Shown here in pieces: positions 9,635-18,702 of a stretch of 64,000 nt of DNA. This stretch comes from a virus (taxonomy: Duplodnaviria > Caudoviricetes): positions 20,861 to 84,860 of IMG/VR virus record IMGVR_UViG_3300020576_002081, one strand, 5' to 3'. The notes below the pieces were generated by a model. It had not been told where the DNA came from. It was given only the letters and a program-made list of their open reading frames with translations, and made no database searches. A program made the position numbers and the translations under genes. Position 1 is the stretch's first letter. Every line of letters begins with the position of its first letter.

Positions 9635-10090
9635 ATGAGATTAGAAGATAATTTAAATAAATATGAACAACGATTACTTCAGGAATGGAGAATGTATGGT
9701 AAAATAATCATCGGTGTAGATTTTGATGACACAATATGTGCATGGAAATTTAAAAGTGATGATGATTTAATAATGATTAGTAAAACAATAGACTTGCTTA
9801 AAATGGCTAAATCTGTTGGTGCTTATATAGTTATATTTACAGCTTCTCCTCCTGAAAGAAACCCTGAAATACAAGAGTATTGTGAAAAAGTTAAATTACC
9901 AATTGATACAATCAATATCACTCCTTTTGAAATACCAGAAGGATATGGTAAACATGGTAAAATATATGCAAATATTTTCATTGATGATAGAGCTGGTTTA
10001 CTAGAAACTATCAATACTTTAGAAAAAATAACTCGAATCATGATGGGAGATAATATGAAAAAATTAACATTAGGAGAAGAAGTACAATGA
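9635..10090 (+). CDS. HAD-superfamily hydrolase
   Basis: IIIGVDFDDTI (motif I), IFTAS, KIYANIFIDDRAG (motif IV). Start taken at 9635. Confidence 0.8.
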   Translation: MRLEDNLNKYEQRLLQEWRMYGKIIIGVDFDDTICAWKFKSDDDLIMISKTIDLLKMAKSVGAYIVIFTASPPERNPEIQEYCEKVKLPIDTINITPFEIPEGYGKHGKIYANIFIDDRAGLLETINTLEKITRIMMGDNMKKLTLGEEVQ

Positions 10091-10572
10091 AAATATATGT
10101 AAAAACACAAGAAAAATTTAAAAATCATAAAGAATTAATAAAATTTTTATTTAAAATTTATACAACGAATGGTTTTCCTGAAACATATTCTAATAAAGAA
10201 TGTACTGTTTTACAGTGTGAAGCTAATAAAATGAGAAGTTTTGATAATATATACTATATTGTTAAAACATATTTCCCAATAATTAGTCATAAAACTGTTT
10301 TTAAAACATTATTACTTTGTAGAAGAAAATCTGGAAACTATTACAATTATCCTAATTTAGGATGTTGTGGTACAATGCGTAGAATTAGATTTACATTTGC
10401 TTATGATACTGAAGCTAATTTTCCAAAAACTTTACATCATTCAATTTTAAATATACAATCATATGAGTCTTTATGGTCTTGGGGAGATTTAGCATCATCA
10501 ATAGGTATTACAACTATAGAAAGTATTAATGAATTTTTTAAAAATAATAAAAATAATTTAATTATAATTTAA
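10087..10572 (+). CDS. hypothetical protein (paralogue of the C-terminal domain of 7011-7895)
   Basis: 161 aa; ATGA overlap with the upstream gene. Confidence 0.65.
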   Translation: MKIYVKTQEKFKNHKELIKFLFKIYTTNGFPETYSNKECTVLQCEANKMRSFDNIYYIVKTYFPIISHKTVFKTLLLCRRKSGNYYNYPNLGCCGTMRRIRFTFAYDTEANFPKTLHHSILNIQSYESLWSWGDLASSIGITTIESINEFFKNNKNNLIII

Positions 10573-10573
10573 T

Positions 10574-11452
10574 ATGTCATTTAAAATAAATAGTCTATAC
10601 TTAACTGATGGTTACAAAGTAGGACATCAAAAAATGTTAGCTCCAGGTACTACTAAATTATATGGTACTTGGATTCCACGTTCAACTAAACATGCACCAA
10701 AAGGTATTACTAAAATAGTATCATTTGGACAGCAATTAGTTTGGAAATGGTTACATGATGAATTTGAGGAGAATTTCTTCCTTACTGAATTAAGAGGAGT
10801 AGGTGGATATGCTGCTTTAAAACACAAAGAAAGCTTAAAACAAAAAGCACTTCAATTTATCAAAGATATGTCTTTATACTTAGGTATGGAGTATGATGGT
10901 AAGCATTTTGAAGAATTGTGGGATTTAGGTTACTTACCTATTAAAGTAAAAGCTTTACCAGAGGGTATTGAAACTAACCCGAATATTCCTCATATGACCT
11001 TTGTAAATACAGTTGATGGATTTGCATGGTTAACTTTATATCTTGAAACAATAGTATCATCATTAGCTTGGAAACCGAGTACAGCAGCTACTATTGCTAA
11101 GTTATATCGTAGACAATGTGAAGAATGGGTTATGAAAACCGATCCTAAACAAGCTTATTTAATTGATTGGATGTGTCATGATTTCTCTGCTAGAGGATTA
11201 GACCCAATGAGTCAATATTTAATTGGTTTAGGTCATACTACTTCATTTAAAGGTAGTGATACTTTACCTGTAATACCTGCAAGTAGATATTTCTATGGAG
11301 TTAAAGAAGATGAAATGCCTATATTTTCAGTAAATGCAAGTGAGCATAGTTGCTCATGCACTAAAATATTTGCAGAAGCAGAAAAGTATTCACAAGTAGA
11401 GGAAATGTTTGACGAAGTGACTAATTCTTGGAAACCAGTAAAATATTTTTAA
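10574..11452 (+). CDS. nadV: Nicotinamide phosphoribosyltransferase-like protein (candidate Namat), N-terminal fragment
   Basis: LTDGYKVGH, WIPRS, FGQQ, LPIKVKALPEG, WLT.YLET, HDFSARG, GH.TSF.GSDT, SVNASEHS. Stops 34 codons after EHS. Confidence 0.88.
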   Translation: MSFKINSLYLTDGYKVGHQKMLAPGTTKLYGTWIPRSTKHAPKGITKIVSFGQQLVWKWLHDEFEENFFLTELRGVGGYAALKHKESLKQKALQFIKDMSLYLGMEYDGKHFEELWDLGYLPIKVKALPEGIETNPNIPHMTFVNTVDGFAWLTLYLETIVSSLAWKPSTAATIAKLYRRQCEEWVMKTDPKQAYLIDWMCHDFSARGLDPMSQYLIGLGHTTSFKGSDTLPVIPASRYFYGVKEDEMPIFSVNASEHSCSCTKIFAEAEKYSQVEEMFDEVTNSWKPVKYF

Positions 11453-11454
11453 TT

Positions 11455-11778
11455 ATGAGTACAACATTCGGAATAAAAGTAAATCCTGAATTGACAGGTT
11501 ATCCTGAAAAAACTTGGAGTAAAAATTTCAGATATTGGACAGAAGAAGAAAACCAATATGATAATGGCGTTTATAAAATAGCATTTAGATTTTTTGGAGG
11601 CAAAAAATATGGGGCTATTATGTATTTTACTTGTCCTATAGCCCATTTATTACCTCTTAACACCCCTGTAATTGCTTTAGATAATACTGCTGGGGATATT
11701 GAAACAATAGGAGATATAATTGAACACATTAAAAATCAAAAAGAGTATCCTGAACAGTTATTAGCAAATAGTGAATAA
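11455..11778 (+). CDS. hypothetical phage protein inserted between the two Nampt-like fragments
   Basis: ATG 2 nt after the upstream stop (MSTTFGIK...). C-terminal motif V.A.DNTA..I.TIGDI. Confidence 0.7.
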   Translation: MSTTFGIKVNPELTGYPEKTWSKNFRYWTEEENQYDNGVYKIAFRFFGGKKYGAIMYFTCPIAHLLPLNTPVIALDNTAGDIETIGDIIEHIKNQKEYPEQLLANSE

Positions 11779-11820
11779 TTTTGTAAATACCAAATTATTT
11801 AACAATTATTTTAATAAAAC

Positions 11821-12189
11821 ATGGAAATAAAAATTGAAGATTATCTTTCGGAAGAAGAAATCAAAGAAATAGTTAAAGAAGAAATTAAAAAACACATTAG
11901 AAATTGTGTTGGAGAAGTTTCTGTATCTCAAGATAAGGCAAGAGTTATGTTATCAGTAATGGCGAAACAAATAGCTAGAGATGGTATTCAAGGACTTATA
12001 CCTAATTTTAAAGAATCTTTAAATGAACATATTAAAGAAGAAATTAAAAACTTGAAATTACATGATTTCTTTACTCATAATATGGGATGGAGAAGTGATG
12101 GTAATAAATTAATTAATTCTATTTTGTCTGATAATAAAGCGTTAATTGATGCTAAAATTAAAGAAATATTTAAAACATTAGAAAAATGA
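11821..12189 (+). CDS. hypothetical protein inserted between the two Nampt-like fragments
   Basis: 122 aa, MEIKIEDYLSEEEIKEI...; ATGA overlap with the next gene. Confidence 0.7.
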   Translation: MEIKIEDYLSEEEIKEIVKEEIKKHIRNCVGEVSVSQDKARVMLSVMAKQIARDGIQGLIPNFKESLNEHIKEEIKNLKLHDFFTHNMGWRSDGNKLINSILSDNKALIDAKIKEIFKTLEK

Positions 12190-13692
12190 AAACAAGAATT
12201 AGACAATTAACAGAACAAGAAAAGCGTTCAAGAGGAGAACAACAAATGATTGCAGATTGGCTTAAAATCTTTCCTAAAGGTATTTTAAGCATAGTTTCAG
12301 ATACATTTGATTTATGGAAACTAATTACTGAATATCTACCTGCTAATAAAAAAGCTATAATGGATAGAGGTCACATTGAAGTAATTAAATTACCATTATT
12401 TAATGGAAAACCTACATATTGTGGTAAAGATTGGGCTATTGGTGATACATTAATTAAAATAGGAACAGCTCATCAATTAGGATATTGGAGCGAAAATGAT
12501 GACCCTGACGATAATGTTTATCAAAACCAAAGAACTAAAGAAACTATAAACTTAACTTTATTAAATGATAAAGGTTCTGAGTATTTTAAATATATTCCTG
12601 GTAAATTAGTAATTAGACCTGATAGTGGTGACCCTGTTGATATTATTTGTGGATTAAATATTCCTGAATTTAAAGATGAATCTGAAATTAGAGATTGTTT
12701 TTATAATATAGATGAAAATAAAGAATTTATTTTTAAATATAAAGAACAATTTTATATAGTTAATTCTAATTATACTATTGAAGAACATATCAGAGAGTAT
12801 GGACAAGAACATTGGAATAAATGGAAAACTTTGTTTGATGCTGTTGAAAGATATGGTTATGTAGAAATTTATAAACCTAAATTTTCTATATCTGAACAAA
12901 AAGGTGTAATTGAACTACTTTGGGACATCTTTGGTGGTACTGTAAATGAACAAGGTTATAAAGTATTAGATCCTCATATTGGAGCAATATATGGTGATAG
13001 TATTACACCTGAACGTCAAAAACAAATCTATGAAAGATTAGCAGCTAAAGGTTTTGCAGCTACTAATATTGTATTAGGTGTAGGTAGTTTTACTTATCAA
13101 TATAATACTAGAGATACATTAGGGTTGAGTTTTCACAACTGCGAGCCCCCTTATACAGTAATGTATATTGAATAATTGGAAGAATTGCTGGGAAGTGTTT
13201 AAAATCATTATCAGCAGCCGAGCTTTAGGGAAGACTAAAGAAGGTTCAGAGACTAGGGACACTACGGTGAGCCCACAGCATCCAACTACTTGTAAATCAA
13301 GTAGATGATATAGTCCAATAAAATTTAACATATGGAATAAACTAAGTAACCTATAAAGTGTCGCAGCTAAAGGTGCTTGGTTTGAAGTTGAAACTTGTAG
13401 TAGAGAAGATTGTAATGGTAGTTCTTGTAAAGCTGAAAGAGGTTCTATTTGTAAACATCATTCTAAAAAATCATACAATATCTACAAAGACCCAGTAACA
13501 GATGATGGTACTAAGAAGTCTTTGAAAGGATTGTTAGCTGTATTTAAAGATGATAAACATGATTACTTTGTTCAAACTGAATGTGCTGGAGAATTAGAAA
13601 ATTCAGGAGAATTACAACTAATCTATGAAGACGGTAAGTTTTATAATCAAACAACATTAGAAGAAATAAGAAACAAATTAAATAAAATTTAA
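12186..13692 (+). CDS. nadV: Nicotinamide phosphoribosyltransferase-like protein (candidate Namat), C-terminal fragment; spliced, exons 12186-13125 and 13361-13692 (423 aa)
   Basis: GEQQMIADWL, SIVSDTFD, KLVIRPDSGDP, GAIYGDSIT, LGVGSFTYQYNTRDTLG. Splicing gives LG-F-AAKGAW, then YKDPVTDDGTKKSLKG and LEEIR. Confidence 0.88.
13126..13360 (+). mobile_element. ORF-less group I intron (235 nt, IA2-like) in the Nampt-like C-terminal fragment
   Basis: U13125 at the 5' splice site and G13360 as the terminal G. IGS CTGCGA-G-CCC pairs with the 3' exon TCGCAG (P10) and the 5' exon GGGT (P1). Core: AATTGCTGGGAA, ATCAGCAG, AGGTTCAGAGACTA, GATGATATAGTC. Hairpins CTTTAG/CTAAAG and CTACTTG/CAAGTAG. Confidence 0.92.
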
Positions 13693-13702
13693 AATAAATA
13701 AT

Positions 13703-14194
13703 ATGTCTGAAAATAGTAAAATCATGGCTGATAAAGTAAAAGTTAATGCTGTAAAAGTTAATCCTTTAAAAAAGAAGGAAATATTAAAATATAAAGATCT
13801 TGATTATAATGTTGAATATTCAACTTTAGAAGAATTAGTAAAGCCTTTAATTTCACGGATTATAGAAGATGAAGATCAATGTAGGAACAACCTTTTGTTT
13901 TCTAAGAAAAAATTTTCTTTTAGAATTACACAATTAGAACATTGTTGTGGAATTAGTGAATTGGGTGGTTTTATTGTTGATAGAACTATAAATATAGAAG
14001 ATTTAGCTAACTTCTTTGATTTATTAGTTGCTGGTATTACAAATCATACTTTAATTATTAATACTAATGGTATTGATGATTCTAAAACTTTAGAAACAGC
14101 ATTAGTTAAATGTAAAAATTGGACTGCTGTTAAAAAATTTAAAAACCATAATTCAAGAAACATGATAACAATCTGGATTAGTAATAATCCTTAA
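13703..14194 (+). CDS. hypothetical protein
   Basis: 163-aa ORF, co-oriented. Confidence 0.65.
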   Translation: MSENSKIMADKVKVNAVKVNPLKKKEILKYKDLDYNVEYSTLEELVKPLISRIIEDEDQCRNNLLFSKKKFSFRITQLEHCCGISELGGFIVDRTINIEDLANFFDLLVAGITNHTLIINTNGIDDSKTLETALVKCKNWTAVKKFKNHNSRNMITIWISNNP

Positions 14195-14218
14195 TAACAA
14201 ATAAAAAACAAACAACAA

Positions 14219-14413
14219 ATGAAAACAAAAAACAACAAATCAGCAAACAAATCAAAAAGTCTTAACAGTCACGTTAAAGTAGCTAAAGGTGTATATCGTA
14301 CACTAAGTGGAAATTATGCAGTAAGACCAACAGTAAATGGAGTACGTTTACATGTAACTTTTACTAACATGAAACAAGCTAAAGCATACTATAAAACAGT
14401 TGTTAATTCTTAA
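14219..14413 (+). CDS. small basic protein, possibly AP2/integrase-arm-like DNA-binding fold
   Basis: KGVYRTLSGNYAVRPTVNGVRLHVTF...AKAY strand-strand-strand-helix pattern; A-rich leader. Confidence 0.55.
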   Translation: MKTKNNKSANKSKSLNSHVKVAKGVYRTLSGNYAVRPTVNGVRLHVTFTNMKQAKAYYKTVVNS

Positions 14414-14418
14414 TTAAT

Positions 14419-14457
14419 AAAACACCCCTACTACATTTTGTAACAGGGGTGTTTTTT
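14419..14457. terminator. Bidirectional intrinsic terminator at the junction of the convergent blocks
   Basis: Inverted repeat AAAACACCCCT...AGGGGTGTTTT with A/T tracts on both sides, located between convergent stop codons. Confidence 0.85.
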
Positions 14458-14481
14458 ATTAGTACCGTAAATATTTAATTG

Positions 14482-17400
14482 TTATTTTTGATAAGGGTCT
14501 TTATTCCAAAGTCTAGCAAAATCTGCTATTGGTTTAATTACAGGAGTTACATTAATTAAACTGGCTAATTCTTTATTTTCACCTTTAAATCTACCTCTTT
14601 TAAATTTATCACCAGTAATTACTGATGGAGTATATTCTATAACTTTAATTAAATCTTGAGCTGTCTTAAGCATTGGAACACTAAGTTTTGCAGGATCTGT
14701 TAACGCTTTAGGGTTATAAAAATACATTAAATCACCACTAATTTGATTTAATTGACTCATTAAAAACTTATATGTTGGATCTTTACGTTTTTTATCATCA
14801 TCAAATCCTATACCTGCTAATACCGTACCTAATAGTAAGGTTAATTCAATCATATTCTTACGCATATTATAAACATCAGTTTCATTAAAAGAATACTTTT
14901 CAATATTCTCAACATCATTCTGAAATTTAGCTATCATATAATTAAATCCTTTAATATAAGTACGATATCTACCTTCAATCTCAACATCTAATCTTTCATC
15001 AAATCTTTTACCACCAAATCTAGATTCAATTGCTGCAGGTATCCATTTTTTAAATTGAAAAGCGGCTCTAAATAAACTATATTGAGTTAAAGCAGCAGCA
15101 TCTTTTTGAGAATATCTACCATGAATTAATTGATTAATTCTATGTATTTTATTAGTAGTTTTAAATATAAAATTATCATCTAACTCATAACCCATTAATT
15201 CAGAATTCCATTCACCACTTTCATTGAAAGCTTCCCACATGCTTATGGTATTACCTTCTTTAGTAGTAACTTTATTATGTAATAACAAAGCAATCATAGT
15301 ACTAGTTTGCATTTGTTTTTCACCCATTCTTTGAGGTAAATACATTAAAGATTTAATCTTATCTTTATATTCATTAGAACCTACATTAATCTTTTCAAGA
15401 TTTTCATAATCATCTAATTCCATTAAAGGATTAAATTTAGCTGCTAATTTATTAAGTTTAGAATCATTCACTAAATTCTCTTTAGAAAATATTTTAATAG
15501 CTTCTAAATATTCTTTAGTAGTAAAATGTCTACCTCCAACAGCTTCAATTAAGTTACCTATATTACCTATAATAAAGTTTACAGACGCATTAAAAGGATT
15601 CAAACCAATTCTTAATAATGATGTATACTTAAGCATAAAATCAATATGAGGAGCATATTTCTCTTCACGTTTCATCTCACCTAATACTTGCATTTTAATA
15701 AATGAATCAATCATTTCATTAAGTTTAGTATCTTCACCATATACTGATTTATTCTTATTAGTATTCTTAATAAATTCTTGTTGTTTAACTAACTCTTGAA
15801 ACAATCTTGCTTTAGGTAAAACATCAGTCATTTCTTCATATGAATTAGCAAAATAAGCATATTTAAGTAAAACACTACCTAAATCTTTAGATTTAATATC
15901 TTTACTTAATTTACCTAAGTATTTAACAGGTACACTATCCTTTTCAAGATTTTCATCAAATATTCTATCATTATCAGAATAATCATTAATTTCTAACATA
16001 TGATTTGCACCATCTTTTAATTTAGATAACATAGTCTTATCAGACTTCATTATATCCATCAAAGTTCTTTCAACTATATTAGGTATAAAATTAGAATTTT
16101 GTTTATATTGTTCAGGTAATTTATCATTAACCTCGGCAATTATTCCTTTAAAGAAATTATAAAATTCTTTTAATTCTTTAGTATTTTGAATAGTTTCATA
16201 ATCCTTATTATTATACTTATTATCTCTAGGTATAAATTCTTTAGTAGCAGAATTATACGTAGCTAATTTACTTCTTATTAAGAAACCATTAGGTTCTTTA
16301 AAAGAATCAGATATTTTTTTATAGAATTCGGTTGTATAAGGTTTAGTTAAAACTAAAGTACCTTTATGTTCTTGTAAGAAAATTTTATAAATATCTGTAC
16401 CAGATAAACCTCTAGATTTTTGATAATCAGTTAACTTATTAACAGCATTATTAATTCTTTCAAAAGACTTCTTATTTTCAACTTCAATCTTATTCTGAGC
16501 CTTTTTAATTAATAACCCTATAGTTTTACCTAAATAGTTTTTAACATCAGCTAATGTACCAAAATTAGCTTCTGCAGCTGAAATATCAGTATCTAATTGA
16601 TTAAATATACTTTCATCAAATTCTTTACCAGTTAATCCTTGCATTTCATCTAAAACAAACACTTTAGCGAATTGTAAAGTATCATTTAATAATATACCTA
16701 CTCTATCTTTAACACCAATCATATTTTCAAACATGTGTAAAACTTTAACAGTTCTTTCAATCTTATCTACATTAGGTTTATTACCAGATTCTACAACTTG
16801 TTTAAGTTTATTAACATACTCTTCAATCTCATCTAAAGTTTCATTAGCAAGATTTAAAAGTACTTGTTTATTACCATTTTCACTAATTTCTTTTAAACTA
16901 GCTTCAATTTTAAGTATTTTTTCATTGGTTTTTAAGAATTCATCACTAGAAGGTTCTAATTTAGACAAATCTGATTTTAATTTACCTAATAATCCTTTAT
17001 AATATACATATTGAGGTCTAATATCTTTAGCTATGATATTCTTATTATTAACACTAAACATCTTAATAAAAAGGTCTGTACTCTCAACTTCTTTAGTTGA
17101 AAGTATCATTTTAGCTAATTCTTTAGATAAATTATCAAGTTCAGACTGTATATTATAGTTTGGTTTAAATAACCTTACAAAAGCATCTAACATTCTTTTT
17201 ATAGTTTCCCATAAAGCAAAACCAGGTTCATTTAACAATTCTTCAGGTGTATTAGCTTCAGCTATAACTTTAGCTACTAATTTACCTAAATATTCGTGTT
17301 TTAAGAGAGTTTCATCATTATTATATGTATCTATATAGGTTTGACCTAAAAAGCCTCTATAATCGACTTTATTCATTAAATTAAAGGCTCTTTTAACTAA

Positions 17401-18702
17401 TGTATGATCTTCGCCCAAAGCTAATGTTAAATAATGAGCTAATTCTTCTGGAAAAGTATCAGTTTCAGCTAACTTTTGATTAATTTTAATAACTTTTTTA
17501 ACAGAATCATAAAAACCATTAACTTCATTATTATTATCATCAAGAACCTTTTCTATAAATTCAACCTTAATATTATTAACTTTTGCAAAATCTTGTAATA
17601 ATGTAGACATTCTAGAAGTAATATCATTTTTTTTATCTACCGTGGATTTTTTTGAAAATAAGATTTTATTAAGATATTCAGGTTTAATTTCTACTTCATT
17701 CCAAGTATTACCATATTCATCAGTAATTATATTAGGTAAATAACCATTCTTTTTAAGAATATTAGTTACAGTATTTTCATAGAAATTAAAAATAGGTTTT
17801 AAAGCACCAAATCCTTCAGTTTCAACTCTTTCAAGTTCTTGTTTAAGTTGATTTATTTCTTGTTTAGAAGATTTAGACATAAATTCATAAGCAACTTCTT
17901 TACCTTCTTTTTCATTATAAACTTTTGTAGTAAATGCTACATTAGGATATTCTTTAGTTGATTCTTTTTTATGAACTTGATTATCTACTATTTTATAAGT
18001 TTTATTAAAAAATTCATCCGAAGCTATTTCTTTAAGTTTATTTTCAAGTTCCTTAATCCTATCTTCTTTCTGTTTCTTAAACTCTTCTAAAGTACTATGA
18101 CCTTCAACTTTACTGGCTGTATTACCTGTAGGAAATAATACTTTCTCATATCCTTTCTTAGCACTATCTTGTATAATAGATTTAATAAAGAATGTTACCC
18201 AATTGTTGTTTTTGTTTAGAAGTTGTAGGAATTGATTAGAATTAATATTCTTATTATAAATATCATTTTCTACTTTTTCAATTTCTTTAATTTTTCTATT
18301 TTCATTTTCAATAGAACCTTCTTCTCTTTCTATTCTTTCTTTTAAATAAGATAAGGCATATTCTTTATCAAATTTACCTTCTTTAGCTTCCTTACTATAA
18401 GGATTTTCTGCAATAGGTATAGTACCACCTCTAATTCCTTCAGATTCAACACTTGCTACATATCTACCTGCATTATTTGGTAAAATAATTTTATAATTAT
18501 TATCTTTTATAGCTTGTATTGCTTTTTCAAAATTTACTATATTATCTTCATAATTTTTTATAGAAGAAAGATATACCTGTTTATTTGTAGGTACTTTATC
18601 AAACTTAGACAAAGTACTATTTTTTAAAGTAGGTATCACTTTACTTATAAATTCTTCTTTAGAAGAATATGTTGTTCCTTTATATATGTATTTACAAGCC
18701 AT
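14482..18702 (-). CDS. Large virion cargo/ejection protein (polyvalent-protein-like)
   Basis: 1406 aa, mostly helical, in the cluster downstream of the virion RNAP. Degenerate zincin motif PEELAH; KGYEKVLFPTG. Confidence 0.75.
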   Translation of the reverse strand: MACKYIYKGTTYSSKEEFISKVIPTLKNSTLSKFDKVPTNKQVYLSSIKNYEDNIVNFEKAIQAIKDNNYKIILPNNAGRYVASVESEGIRGGTIPIAENPYSKEAKEGKFDKEYALSYLKERIEREEGSIENENRKIKEIEKVENDIYNKNINSNQFLQLLNKNNNWVTFFIKSIIQDSAKKGYEKVLFPTGNTASKVEGHSTLEEFKKQKEDRIKELENKLKEIASDEFFNKTYKIVDNQVHKKESTKEYPNVAFTTKVYNEKEGKEVAYEFMSKSSKQEINQLKQELERVETEGFGALKPIFNFYENTVTNILKKNGYLPNIITDEYGNTWNEVEIKPEYLNKILFSKKSTVDKKNDITSRMSTLLQDFAKVNNIKVEFIEKVLDDNNNEVNGFYDSVKKVIKINQKLAETDTFPEELAHYLTLALGEDHTLVKRAFNLMNKVDYRGFLGQTYIDTYNNDETLLKHEYLGKLVAKVIAEANTPEELLNEPGFALWETIKRMLDAFVRLFKPNYNIQSELDNLSKELAKMILSTKEVESTDLFIKMFSVNNKNIIAKDIRPQYVYYKGLLGKLKSDLSKLEPSSDEFLKTNEKILKIEASLKEISENGNKQVLLNLANETLDEIEEYVNKLKQVVESGNKPNVDKIERTVKVLHMFENMIGVKDRVGILLNDTLQFAKVFVLDEMQGLTGKEFDESIFNQLDTDISAAEANFGTLADVKNYLGKTIGLLIKKAQNKIEVENKKSFERINNAVNKLTDYQKSRGLSGTDIYKIFLQEHKGTLVLTKPYTTEFYKKISDSFKEPNGFLIRSKLATYNSATKEFIPRDNKYNNKDYETIQNTKELKEFYNFFKGIIAEVNDKLPEQYKQNSNFIPNIVERTLMDIMKSDKTMLSKLKDGANHMLEINDYSDNDRIFDENLEKDSVPVKYLGKLSKDIKSKDLGSVLLKYAYFANSYEEMTDVLPKARLFQELVKQQEFIKNTNKNKSVYGEDTKLNEMIDSFIKMQVLGEMKREEKYAPHIDFMLKYTSLLRIGLNPFNASVNFIIGNIGNLIEAVGGRHFTTKEYLEAIKIFSKENLVNDSKLNKLAAKFNPLMELDDYENLEKINVGSNEYKDKIKSLMYLPQRMGEKQMQTSTMIALLLHNKVTTKEGNTISMWEAFNESGEWNSELMGYELDDNFIFKTTNKIHRINQLIHGRYSQKDAAALTQYSLFRAAFQFKKWIPAAIESRFGGKRFDERLDVEIEGRYRTYIKGFNYMIAKFQNDVENIEKYSFNETDVYNMRKNMIELTLLLGTVLAGIGFDDDKKRKDPTYKFLMSQLNQISGDLMYFYNPKALTDPAKLSVPMLKTAQDLIKVIEYTPSVITGDKFKRGRFKGENKELASLINVTPVIKPIADFARLWNKDPYQK

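Noticed and set aside
11341-11356. Hairpin TGAGCA-TAGT-TGCTCA overlapping the EHS codons
   Set aside because: Short, inside coding sequence and with no supporting context; may be chance.
11776-11783. TAATTTTG as an internal promoter for the second Nampt-like fragment
   Set aside because: No -33 TTTG at the right spacing, and TAnnTTTG occurs often by chance in such AT-rich DNA.
11340-12240. Split intein or intron joining the two Nampt-like fragments (Cys right after EHS)
   Set aside because: The C-fragment leader has no His-Asn/Gln plus Cys/Ser/Thr junction, the N-tail lacks intein block A/B features, and no group I or II core elements occur in 11452-12186.
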